Shown here in pieces: positions 38,901-48,016 of a stretch of 64,000 bases of DNA (the first letter of the stretch is position 1; the number at the start of each line of letters is the position of its first letter). The DNA lies in contig OX597832.1 of the NCBI GenBank assembly GCA_951406725.2, positions 50,406,001-50,470,000 on the forward strand. Direction: 5' to 3'. The DNA is from Octopus vulgaris. Lineage: Eukaryota. The notes beneath the pieces are model-generated. The model saw only the letters and a program-made list of their open reading frames with translations. It was not told the origin of the DNA and did no database searches. Made by a program: the position numbers and the translations under genes.

Positions 38901-41900
38901 GATCATAAATATAAAATCATAAATTTTTAGGGTAGGGGAATAAGTTTATAGATAAGTTTAACTTTTTCAAGGAGTTAATATTGATGTAAGCAATGTTCAT
39001 AGGGTCTCTACTGAGAACTGAATCCATTTTGCAGATTTGGCTCACAGAACCATATTTCTTATTTGACCAAGTTTCATAAGGGAGGAATATAAGTGCATAG
39101 ATTGGTTTTATAAGTAGTGCATTTGTAGATAGTTAAAAGGTGGTACATAGCTGCTGATGAAGACACCAAAATGGGTTGAAATATATACACAGCTTTTCTA
39201 CCTTTTTATCTGTCTGCACACATATTACAACAAAAGAATTCCTTTATCTTTTATCTTTCACTTGTTTCAGTCATTGGATTGCAGCCACGATGGGGTACCA
39301 CCTTGAAGAAATTTTAGTCAAATATATCAACCCTTAAACACACCAACACTAGTAGTCAAGTGGTGGTGGGGGGATGAGAAACATAAATACAAGGACACAC
39401 AGACACACACATATACGTGATGGGCTACTTTCAGTTTCCGCCTACCAAATCCAAGACTCTGGGTGGCCCAAGGCACTTGCCCAAGATGCCACACAGTAGG
39501 ACTGAACTCAGAACCATGGGGTTGGGAAGCTAGCTTCTTCCCACACAGCCTACAATTGTTCTAAATAATGACTTAACAGTAGTGCTGGCTTAAATGATTA
39601 ATATTTTTTCTCTTCGGCAACTTTTTACTGTATAAGGCACATGGCTCAGTGGTTAGAGCATTGGGTTTACAATCGTGTGGTTGTGAGTTCAATTCCCAGA
39701 TCGGGGTTTGTGTTGTGTTCTTGAGCAAGAAACTTTATTTCACGTTGCTCCAGTCTGCTCAGTTGTAGAAATAAGTTGCGATGTCACTGGTGCCAAGCTG
39801 CATTGATCTTTGCCTTTCCCTTAGATAAGATCAGTGGTGTGGAGAAGGGAGGCTGGTATGCATGGGCAATTGCTGGTCTTCTATAGACAACCTTGCCTGG
39901 ACTTGTGCCTGGGAGGGGAACTTTCTAGATGCAATCCCATGGTCATTTGTAACCGAGGAGGGTTTTTACCCTTTTTACTGTATAAGAAAGTAAAGAAATT
40001 CCTTGCTATCTTACCTCATGCATTTCACTGAGTTTTCCTGTATAAAAAAGTATCCTCTCGGTTAAGGTGGTCTTCCCTGAATCAATATGTGCTGATATAC
40101 CAATGTTACGAATTTGCTCCAATGCCATGGCTTCCTAAAATAGAAAAATAACTTTGCAAGGATTCACTGCTGGCATTTTTAATGATGTATTAGATATCGT
40201 AAACACCAAATTGAACTTGAAAGAACATCAGTAGGCCTTGTGAGATCTTTTCTGTCTCAAATTGATGCTTAATAATCTCTTATTTCTTTACTACCCACAA
40301 GGGGCTAAACATAGAGAGGCCAAACAAGGACAGACAAAGGGATTAAGTCGATTACATCGACCCCAGTGTGTAACTGGTACTTAATTTATCGACCCCGAAA
40401 GGATGAAACGCAAAGTCGACTTGGCAGAATTTTAACTCAGAACGTAACGGCAGACAATATACCAATAAGTATTTCGCCTGGTGTGTTAACGTTTCTGCCA
40501 GCTCGCCGCCTTAATAATCTCTATTATCATTTAACTTTGCATAGTATTTCATAAAGAAACTAGTGTACATGTGTTGTCAATAAGCAACAGTATCAAGTAT
40601 GTTCTTTTATAGTCTTTCAGAAAACATTCCTTTTAGTGATGAGGTTCCAATTATTTTTTGGATCTGCTTAATTTGGGCTGTTTCTTTTTAACCATCTCAG
40701 ACAAGATATATTAAAGTTATATAGAACAGATTATTATCATCATCATCATCGTTTAACATCCACCTTCCATGCTAGCAAGGGTTGGATGTTCAACTGGGGT
40801 CTGGGAAGCCAGGAGGCTGCACCAGGACCAGTCTGATCTGGCAGTGTTTCTACAGCTGGATGCCCTTCCTAATGTCAACCACTCAGTGAGTGTAGTGGGT
40901 GCTTTTTACGTGCCACCGGCACAGGTGCCAGGCAAGGCTCACAATGGCCACGACTGGTTGGTGCCTTTTACATGCCACTGGCATGGAGGCCAGTCGAGGC
41001 GGCGCTGGCAACGGCCATGTTCAGATGGTTTTTTTACCCGGCACTGGTATCACAACTACAATTTCCATTGATCGATTTCGATTTCACTGATTTAAAAAAA
41101 AAATAATATTAAGTACATTGGATACGCCACAATAATTTGTATGAAATAAAAAAAAATATGAGTCAAGAAAATGACTGGGCAATAGGAGAATATAAGATGG
41201 TAGCCAATGGATATCTCTTTTATATCTGAGCTCCGAGTATGGGCTGAGATATTCACTGTGGTTCAGGATTAGCTGAAAGCCAGATACCTTTAGTAAACTC
41301 AGAAGGGTAAAAGGTGTTGTAATAATAGAAGTAGTGATAGAGAGAGGATATCCAACTCAACCGTGGGACAATGGTTGTAGACTATTGGTATTTGAAAACC
41401 TGCCAGTCAGACTGTTTTTTCCTTAAATATGATTAATAATGTATGTGTGGGGATGTTTTGAATGCAGCCAGAGCTAGATTGATAAGAAGTTCTTGTTTTA
41501 ATTATGAGGTCATGGGTTCAATCCCACTGCTTAGCACATTGGACACGTGTATTCTATTATAATCTCAGGTAGACCCAATACTTGCAAATGAGACCCTAAC
41601 CTTGTGGCCTGTGCCAGGGGCATTACCAGCCCACTTGTGCGTACCTTTTCCTTCTTTGGACACTAAACTCTGCTTGTGAAGACCTGTTGAGGCAAGTGAA
41701 ATCAAAACCGAAATCAAAGTGAAATTTGATGATGGGCACGAGCACCATTCGAGCGTGATCGTTGACAGAGCAGCTAACAGGCTTCCGTGCCAGTGTCACA
41801 TAAAAGGCACCATTCAAGTGCGATTGTTGTGAGCTTCCCCTTACTGGCACTTGTGCCCCGTGCTAGTAGGGTGCTAAGAGCACCATCCGAGCGTGATTGT

Positions 41901-44900
41901 TGCCAGAGCGGCTAACTGGTTTCTGTGCCAGTGACATGTAGAAGGCACCATTCAAGCGGGATTGTTACCAGCATCGTCTTACTGGCACCTGTGCCATTGG
42001 CAGGTGTAAAAAATTTGAGCAAGGTCGTTGCCAGTACCGCCTGACTGGCCCCCATGCCAGTGGCATGTAAAAGCACCCACTACACTCTCGGAGTGGTTGG
42101 TGTTAGGAAGGGCATCCAGCTGTAGAAACTCTGCCAGATCAAGACAGGAGCCTGGTGCAGCCATCTGGTTCGCCAGCCCACAGTCAAACTGTCCAATCAA
42201 TGCTAGCATGGAAGTGGACGTTAAACGATGACGATGATGATAATGGGTAGACAGAAACTGTGTGGAAGCCTGTTGGATGGATGGATGGAAACTGCATCTC
42301 AAAAGGCCAGGCTTATCAAACACTATATTACTCAAAGTACACTTGAGGATGATACCAAAGGTTGGAACCAATGCAAGACCCATGCATAAACAGCTCTATA
42401 TCCGTCATATTTGGACTTTGTAAAGAGGTAATGGCAGTTCAAAGCTGAAGTATTTTTTTCAGACACTGACAAAAAAATACATTCTTTGTGATGCATTCTC
42501 TTCCAAACAATACTGATCTGAGAAAGTGGCCTTGTCTGTAGGGGGCACATAATGTCAGGTTTAACACTTGCAGGACATGTCATATCAAACCATAATAGGA
42601 AGGTAGAATGATGAAATATTAAAATGTAATGTTGTATTTAGGAATGAATTTCTTTATTATAACAATGGTCATTTTGCTAGTTTAGCCAATAAAGACACAC
42701 GAAATAAGATTAAGATTAATGTAAAAAATAAATAACGCTGAAGCAAAGTAACACCAAATATATAGTGTGTGTATTTTTTATTGGCTAAACTGGCAAAATG
42801 ACCATTCCTAAATACAACAATATCTGTTTCAACACATGATATCACATCAAAAATCTTGCAAAACAGTGGCTGTGTGGTAAGTAGCTTGCTTACCAACCTC
42901 ATGGTTCCGGGTTCAGTCCCACTGCGTGGCACCTTGGGCAAGTGTCTTCTACTATAGCCTCGGGCCGACCAAAGCTTTGTGACTGGATTTGGTAGATGGA
43001 AACTGAAAGAAGCCCGTCGTATATATGTATATGCATGTGTGTGTTTGTGTGTCTGTGTTTGTCCCCCTGGCATTGCTTGACAACCGATGCTGGTGTGTTT
43101 ATGTCCCCGTCACTTAGTGGTTCGGCAAAAGAGACCGGTAGAATAAGTACTGGGCTTACAAAGAATAAGTCCCGGGGTCGAGTTGCTCGATTAAAGGTGG
43201 TGCTCCAGCATGGCCACAGTCAAATGACTGAAAAGAGTAAAGAGTAAAACAAATATATAAACGTAATAAAATGTAATGACATACCATATTAGAAGATTTA
43301 GAAGAATATAATTTAACAGCATCTGATAAAGGCCATAGCTAAAAAGAAAAACAAAAAAAAGTGATATGTGAATAATGCAAATACACACTGATGTAGATAC
43401 ACAGAGATAATAATGATATACAATATACAATAGTTAAGTTAGTGTTAACATATTTAATGCAAAGAGCATTAAAAAGCCAACTGGAAATATTTATGTGGTG
43501 AGGAAAAAAGCCAATATTAGTTATTGACCGACATCATCTTCATCCAATGTTTTTAAATCTGGGTTTTGTCCCTGTTAATGGGGGGGTGGCTGTATTTAGC
43601 TCAATGCCATAGCAACCACCCTCACACCATCTCGCCCGGTTTTGGGCGTCCTCCTTTTTCAAACCAACCCTCCCAATTTCCTCCTCCTCCACCTGTCCTC
43701 TCCACCTTTTCCTCAGTCTAACTCACTTCCATGCTCAATTTACCTCAAATGCAATCACCCTCCAGATCACTTCCATCTTGGTAATGTCATCGATACCTAA
43801 TGCAAAAAGAGCAGGTCTGGGTGGTTCAAAAAGTTGCAGGGGAGGGTCTCTAAAAGTCATGTGACAGCGCTGCACTACCAACAAGCATCGTCAAGATACC
43901 AGACATTCAAGTCCAGATCGCTTCCATCTTGGTAACGCCATCGATACCCAGTGCAAAAAGAGCAGGTCTGGGCGGTTCACCCTGTTGAACTCCTGGCTCG
44001 GGTAAATATTCCCTCGGTTCTGGAGGTGCGCGGGATTATACAGAAGTGATGGGAAGAGACCTTTGTCCCTGGGTAAGAGATAGGTGTCTCTTCTGGGACG
44101 CCGCAGTCAGTGACTCCTCTGATCCCTCCTACATCCTGGATGCTGCAGTAAATGGAAAGATCTCCGCTTCTGTAGCCGAATGGAATAGAATCCTCTTCAT
44201 CCCTCCTCAACACATGCCCATACCACCTTGCCAACCATTCCATCGATTCCTCAAACCCTAGCATACCCATCAAATCCCCAGTCCTCCTCTTATCAAACAG
44301 CTTCACCCTACACATTTTTCTCACCTTCTCAAAATTACCATCTCTCTCTCCCATACAGCATTGCCCCTCTCACACAACTCTTATAGACCCTACCTTTCAT
44401 CTTTAATGAAAACCTTTCCCCATATAACAATGCTCCACATTTAATCAACTGCACCCTGTCCAAATATGAGAATCAACGTGAAAACTAATTGGTGTTTTGA
44501 GATGTATGCGTTGTGTTTTTATACTTAGCAGCATCAGGTGGAAGGTAGTAGAAATAGTTGTTGTTGTTGTTCCTGATCTTGCAGAAAGCCTTTCTGTTTA
44601 CAGAAGCGCCCTGGTTATGAACATCTCGTCCTTTATTTCCAAGTATAGCAGGGGTGAACCCAAGGTGGAGGAAGTGAGGGGCATGTACCCCACAAGTGCG
44701 CCCTTCTAAATAATGTTATTACACCCTTTTCTCCTGGAATTGTATTCTCTTGTGACCTTGTGCCCTCCTTTTGATAAATTCCTGGAACCGTGCCTGTATA
44801 GTGTATCCCGAATAGCATTATATCTCTCTTTCTTCCTTTTTTCTAAAACAGGGTGGACTATTTCTAGCAAGTCGGGCGTCCGTGTAGAAACATTTGTTGT

Positions 44901-47033
44901 TATCCTAACAGACTGCTTTTATATATATATATATATGTATGTATATATAAATATATATATAAAGATACATCTATAGTGTGTCGAATATTCGTTATAAATA
45001 TCACCACCAGTGGCCTAGCATGTATAAATAGTCAATAGACAACATATTCATATTTTAAAATAGAAAATTACTCTTGGCTGCTATTTCTAGCATGTAAAAA
45101 TTACCTGTTAAAGGGTAATTTTCTATTTTAATATATATATGTGTATGTGTGTAATAACATCATCCTTGCGTGTGACTGATGAAGACACAAATGTATATCA
45201 ATGGTTTTAAACCTGGATCGCAACAGCATGCCACCAGAAGTATCGCAAAACTTTCTACATTGATGATGACACGATAATATTTGTTGAGATTACATATATA
45301 TATATATATATATAACAAAAGTAGACTAAATATAGTGACAACTTTAAAATTAAAAAATAGAACATAAATGAGCGAAGTTATGTTGTAAGTAGAAGTGGGG
45401 AATAGGCAGGGTTGGATGAAATTAGTTAATATTACGGAAATTAAATTTATGAATTGATAGGAATCATCTAACACAACCCGAAAAGAACATGTTTGTTTTT
45501 TTGTTGTTGTTTTTTTTAAATATTAAACACTAAAATTAATATTTGTTTACAAATGACGATGGGAGATTTTCCGATTATATAATTGAAACACATAGGCGCA
45601 GGAGTGGCTGTGTGGTAAGTAGCTTCCTTACCAACCACATGGTTCCGGGTTCATTCTCACTGTGTGGCACCTTGGGCAAGTGTCTTCTACTACAGCCTCG
45701 GGCCGACCAAAGCCTTGTGAGTGGATTTGGTAGACGGAAACTGAAAGAAGCCCGTCGTATATATGTATAAATATATATACATGTGTATATGTTTGTGTGT
45801 CTGTGTTTGTACCCCCCGACATCGCTTGACAACCGATGGTGGTGTGTTTACGTCCCCGTCACTTAGCGGTTCGGCAAAAGAACCGATAGAATAAGTACTA
45901 GGCTTCCAAAGAATAAGTCCTGGAGTCGATTTGCTCGACTAAAGACGGAGATCCAGCATGGCCGCAGTCAAATGACTGAAACAAGTGAAAGAGGTTGAAG
46001 TATGGGCGAAAGTAAAGAATACGCACACTCGGTGGTTAGGGTCAGGGTTACACCGAGAAAAAGGGTGGTGTGCATATTCTTTACCTTCGCCGAACTATGA
46101 AACGATGAGCTTTTTTTAAATCCTAAAACTTCAGCATATATACAAAAGTATCAATCGTTCCGATGAACCTTGTGGTGTGCTACCAACTAAGGGCACTTGG
46201 TACTGAACTGAATTTCTTTTTCTTTGTTCCTCTTTCTTTCCATTTTTTTATTGTCTCATAGGAAAAAAAACAACTCATAAAATACTTTATAAATGTAACA
46301 GCAATACTCGTAAAAGTGCAAAGAGAGAGCCACAGCTGATTGTGTAACATAGTTTCTGTAGTTTGGGCACCGACTGATGTGTCGGAAACAGTAATTAAGG
46401 ATGGCAGTGGACAGTGGTGTTTTAAACGTAATTGATAAATATTGTCAATAAAGGTGGCGCATACTTGTAGCTCAGAAAAGGGGTCCTTCAGACTTACGGA
46501 TTAGCAATAAGGAAATAGAGTCCCGAGGTCAGCGACTCGTAGGAAATAACTGGTTGAACTTTACTTAAATAGCAAGTGTCTTCCAGAAAGGCATGGGAAA
46601 CCACACATTCTAATTTTCGAACTAATACAAAATATTTTAGGGGTTTTTTTTGCCTAGGTAGTACAAATATTAAAGTGTTGTGTTTGGTTGTTTGGTGTCT
46701 TTTTTTTTAAAGAAAAACGAAATAAAACTATATAGTGTATTTCGGTATTTCGACGGATATTTTAAGGCGAAAACATTATGGATCTATATTTCAATAGGAA
46801 GAAAGAATAAGAAATGTTTTAACGGTTACGCCTTAACCGAGAGAATTAACGTTACGAACTCGATGGTTCCGAATGGTTCTAACAGGAATTGAAACCGTCT
46901 CGCAGGGACTTCAGCTCTCCCCCCTCTCTCTCTCAAGTCAGGACTTTTTACAAAAACATACCTGAGCAGGTTTAAGAAGAAAATTGCAGTTCGATAGCCT
47001 CGAAAGGCAACGAGTTGCCTTTAGAATCAACAT
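12494..47033 (-). CDS. GFM1: Mitochondrial elongation factor G1, whole gene span (19 coding exons, 2217 nt, 738 aa)
   Basis: Hand-spliced exons carry the G1 motif AHIDSGKT, switch [24 protein letters not shown], domain III EDPT/GMGELHL, domain [14 protein letters not shown], domain [28 protein letters not shown] and the basic mtEFG1 C-terminal tail. All introns are GT-AG and phases match end to end. Confidence 0.96.
12797..13285 (-). mobile_element. RTE 3'-tail repeat with an internal 147-bp tandem duplication
   Basis: (GAT)n tail; units start at 12851, 12998 and 13145. Confidence 0.85.
13381..13645. mobile_element. TTAA/CCCTTTAGCATT-type MITE (piggyBac-like); related copies at about 1951, 6190, 14845, 36680 and 53625
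   Basis: Shared ~230-bp body; AACCCTTTA...TAAAGGGTTAA termini in the best copies. Confidence 0.65.
15165..15325 (-). CDS. GFM1: GFM1 exon 18 ([18 protein letters not shown]...GYTIIQCE)
   Basis: Domain V ILEPVM; 161 nt; acceptor TTTTTCAAG, donor GTAGG. Confidence 0.92.
15500..15880 (+). mobile_element. CORE-like SINE
   Basis: Same family as 5317. Confidence 0.82.
16215..16460 (+). mobile_element. Degenerate RTE-LINE ORF2 C-terminal fragment
   Basis: Translates to REEHVEG.. / GRPRKMW-like segments, typical of RTE 3' coding ends. Confidence 0.6.
17032..17100 (-). CDS. GFM1: GFM1 exon 17 ([23 protein letters not shown])
   Basis: Domain IV HxVDS loop; 69 nt. Confidence 0.94.
17203..17530 (-). 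mobile_element. tRNA-derived SINE, further family (CAGCCACTTGCAC domain); copies also near 21990-22490, 30070-30378 and 59660-59820
   Basis: A/B boxes on the minus strand; shared body across copies. Confidence 0.75.
17640..17950 (+). mobile_element. tRNA-headed hammerhead element (17707-17950) preceded by an inverted copy of its own 3' end (17640-17708)
   Basis: A box TAGCATAGTGG at 17717, B box GAGTTCGATTC at 17759, (AAT)n linker, GACAC-CTGAAGA-A-GGCTG...CAGCC-GAAAC. Confidence 0.72.
18373..18448 (-). CDS. GFM1: GFM1 exon 16 ([26 protein letters not shown])
   Basis: 76 nt; GTAAG donor. Confidence 0.93.
18640..18837 (-). mobile_element. Second copy of the 4899-5098 repeat with a hammerhead-like motif
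   Basis: Direct sequence similarity to 4899-5098. Confidence 0.6.
19394..19486 (-). CDS. GFM1: GFM1 exon 15 ([31 protein letters not shown])
   Basis: 93 nt; phase 0/0. Confidence 0.93.
19730..20011. repeat. Long inverted repeat, ~132-bp arms with an 18-nt spacer
   Basis: Arms 19730-19861 and 19880-20011 are reverse complements with few mismatches. Confidence 0.9.
20210..20430 (+). mobile_element. Mariner-derived MITE
   Basis: TIR GAGGGGGTGCTGAAAAGTTCCTGG / CCAGGAACTTTTCAG; internal remnant translating ...[21 protein letters not shown] resembles a mariner transposase C-terminus. Confidence 0.72.
21516..21585 (-). CDS. GFM1: GFM1 exon 14 ([23 protein letters not shown])
   Basis: Domain IV loop I; 70 nt; GTCAGT donor. 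Confidence 0.94.
22717..22799 (-). CDS. GFM1: GFM1 exon 13 ([28 protein letters not shown])
   Basis: [10 protein letters not shown] motif; 83 nt. Confidence 0.95.
24002..24196 (-). CDS. GFM1: GFM1 exon 12 ([11 protein letters not shown]...EDPT...[12 protein letters not shown])
   Basis: Domain III; 195 nt; phase 0/0. Confidence 0.96.
24469..24682. mobile_element. piggyBac-like MITE
   Basis: TTAA|CCCTTTCGTTAC...GTAACGAAAGGG|TTAA. Confidence 0.82.
25303..25524. mobile_element. piggyBac-like MITE, opposite orientation to the 24469 copy
   Basis: TTAA TSD, same TIRs and body. Confidence 0.82.
26059..26458 (+). mobile_element. CORE-like SINE next to (TA)n
   Basis: Full-length family member. Confidence 0.85.
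26913..27014 (-). CDS. GFM1: GFM1 exon 11 ([34 protein letters not shown])
   Basis: [18 protein letters not shown] motif; 102 nt. Confidence 0.95.
27056..27795 (-). mobile_element. Two RTE 3'-tail repeats
   Basis: (GAT)n tails and shared core. Confidence 0.75.
28670..28807 (-). CDS. GFM1: GFM1 exon 10 ([46 protein letters not shown])
   Basis: Domain II; 138 nt; phase 0/0. Confidence 0.95.
29443..29524 (-). CDS. GFM1: GFM1 exon 9 ([27 protein letters not shown])
   Basis: 82 nt; TTCCAG acceptor, GTAAGT donor. Confidence 0.93.
29670..30063 (-). mobile_element. CORE-like SINE
   Basis: Reverse complement of the family consensus. Confidence 0.83.
31120..31277 (-). CDS. GFM1: GFM1 exon 8 ([52 protein letters not shown])
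   Basis: G5-region motif TALKNKGVQ; 158 nt. Confidence 0.95.
31582..32089. mobile_element. Tc1/mariner-superfamily (Tc2-like) MITE
   Basis: TA|CCATAAATC(T/C)T..AGTATA ... TATACTCAAGGATTTATGG|TA: imperfect TIRs with TA duplication. Confidence 0.68.
32323..32399 (-). CDS. GFM1: GFM1 exon 7 ([26 protein letters not shown])
   Basis: 77 nt; TTCAG acceptor, GTAAG donor. Confidence 0.92.
32816..32889 (-). CDS. GFM1: GFM1 exon 6 ([24 protein letters not shown])
   Basis: 74 nt; G' subdomain; phase 2 to 1. Confidence 0.92.
33115..33872 (-). mobile_element. 5'-truncated RTE LINE: ORF2 C-terminus, 3' UTR and (GAT)n tail
   Basis: Minus strand translates [31 protein letters not shown], contiguous with the abundant tail repeat, which links that repeat family to an RTE LINE. 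Confidence 0.8.
33954..34070 (-). CDS. GFM1: GFM1 exon 5 ([39 protein letters not shown])
   Basis: 117 nt; TTTTATTAG acceptor, GG|GTATG donor. Confidence 0.94.
36402..36606 (-). CDS. GFM1: GFM1 exon 4 ([19 protein letters not shown]...[18 protein letters not shown])
   Basis: Switch II and G4 motifs; 205 nt; phase 1 to 2. Confidence 0.96.
36752..37300 (-). mobile_element. RTE 3'-tail repeat inserted in a TTAA-type MITE
   Basis: Family core; flanks match the MITE body. Confidence 0.72.
38039..38171 (-). CDS. GFM1: GFM1 exon 3 ([45 protein letters not shown])
   Basis: Switch I and G3 motifs; TTCAG acceptor, G|GTAAGT donor; 133 nt. Confidence 0.96.
38551..38890 (-). mobile_element. RTE 3'-tail repeat with ~62-bp internal tandem units
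   Basis: TTTTATGTGCCACCGACA..GGTGCCAGACGAGGCTGGC repeated three times. Confidence 0.75.
39125..39220 (+). ncRNA. Hammerhead-ribozyme-like motif (probably a Penelope-like element remnant)
   Basis: AGCTG-CTGATGA-A-GACACC/AAAAT/GGGTT-GAAA-TATATA-CA-CAGCT with an extended stem I. Confidence 0.5.
40015..40134 (-). CDS. GFM1: GFM1 exon 2 ([40 protein letters not shown]), P-loop
   Basis: Acceptor TTTTCTATTTTAG, donor GAG|GTAAG; 120 nt; G1 motif. Confidence 0.95.
41590..42243 (+). mobile_element. RTE 3' UTR repeat, inverted relative to the copy at 40735-41090
   Basis: Family core and (GAT)n tail at about 42227-42243. Confidence 0.78.
42628..42821. mobile_element. Small foldback MITE-like element
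   Basis: ATGGTCATTTTGCTAGTTTAGCCAATAAA pairs with TTTATTGGCTAAACTGGCAAAATGACCAT; outer TGTTGTATTTAGGAATG pairs with CATTCCTAAATACAACA. Confidence 0.6.
42865..43245 (+). mobile_element. CORE-like SINE
   Basis: Family consensus. Confidence 0.83.
44190..44420 (-). mobile_element. RTE LINE reverse-transcriptase C-terminal fragment
   Basis: Minus strand reads [21 protein letters not shown]...[11 protein letters not shown]...[11 protein letters not shown], with frameshifts. Confidence 0.78.
45595..45992 (+). mobile_element. CORE-like SINE
   Basis: Full-length family member. Confidence 0.85.
46005..46091. mobile_element. 87-bp mini-MITE with GG termini and 8-bp TSD
   Basis: TIR GGCGAAAGTAAAGAATACGCACA / TGTGCATATTCTTTACCTTCGCC; TSD GAAGTATG / GAACTATG. 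Confidence 0.75.
46962..47033 (-). CDS. GFM1: GFM1 exon 1, mitochondrial presequence [24 protein letters not shown]
   Basis: Kozak-like ACAACC-ATG; 24 codons rich in R/K/S/L with no acidic residues; donor CAG|GTATGT; phase 0 matches exon 2; lies in a relatively CpG-rich zone. Confidence 0.8.
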
Positions 47034-47400
47034 GGTTGTCACTGGGGTTTAATTACGCCGTCTGCTCCCGTATTTCTGACCAGCTCCCTTCAGAGAGTCT
47101 TCTTCATGACGGACGAATAACCTTCAGCAAGATCAACACATGGCACAGCCTCCTACCGTAAACGAAACTGCTATCGTATCACACTCACACGTCTAAATCC
47201 TATTTGCTCTCTTATGCATTAAAACTAATTTTTAAAGAAAGAAAACTGGAATAATTACGAAAATAGCAATAAAATTTCCGGTAAACAGTATTTTCATGTT
47301 TATAAGCAGTGAATGTAGAAAGAGTTAGGGAGAAAAAAGGCAGCACGACATTTTGCCGGAAATTGTTGCTTCTCTTATGTCATCTCTGAAGAGAGAGACC
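47034..47400 (-). promoter_or_regulatory. Putative GFM1 5' UTR / core promoter
   Basis: Repeat-free, relatively CpG-rich sequence directly upstream of the start codon; TSS cannot be located from sequence. Confidence 0.45.
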
Positions 47401-47610
47401 TTTCAATAAATGTTGTCCTGTCATGACTATCCTCTCTTTTTTATATTCAAAACATTGTATAATGTGCCTTTATTTATTAATAATTTTCTTAAGATGGTAG
47501 AGCGTGTTTTAAAACACTTTGATTGCTAGTTCTAGCAGGTATTCGGTCGAATGTTCCCTTGTTAATGTACTTGGAAAAAGGGCATTGATGTCCGTTTTAA
47601 AAGTGTATGG

Positions 47611-48016
47611 GGATCTTTTCGGTTTGAACGGCAGTTTTTTTAAATAGTTTCCACGTAACTAAACACTTTTAAACTTCGTATACTGGTAGAGTGTGTTTAT
47701 AAAACATCTTTTTTCTCTTGGCTTTATTGAGAAAATTCTAGAGTTTGTAAGATATTTGTTGTTTTTTTCTTCAATTTCAACCAATCAATGACGTCTATTG
47801 AGGTGAAAACATTCTGTGCCGTATGAATATGTCCCTCGTTTAAGAAACAGATTGGGTTTATTTACATTTCTGAAGAAAAAAATATACCCTTCCCCCTACC
47901 TCTAACTAACCCTAAAACAGATTGAAATGCAATAGATCGATACTAGGGTCATAATTATGGGTGACAATTTCATATGACACCGCTAGAAAAATCTGCCGTT
48001 CAAACCGAAAAGATCC
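47611..48016. mobile_element. 406-bp MITE with 24-bp perfect TIRs and 8-bp TSD (Merlin-like or hAT)
   Basis: TIR GGATCTTTTCGGTTTGAACGGCAG; exact TSD GTGTATGG at 47603-47610 and 48017-48024. Confidence 0.88.

Noticed and set aside
42332-42583. Candidate extra GFM1 exon ([18 protein letters not shown]...)
   Set aside because: Plausible acceptor and presequence-like residues, but no good phase-0 donor before the stop codon.
45165-45300. CTGATGA / TTGATGA hammerhead-like cores (also near 3270-3325)
   Set aside because: No intact stem II-GAAA-NUH-stem I arrangement; too degenerate to call.
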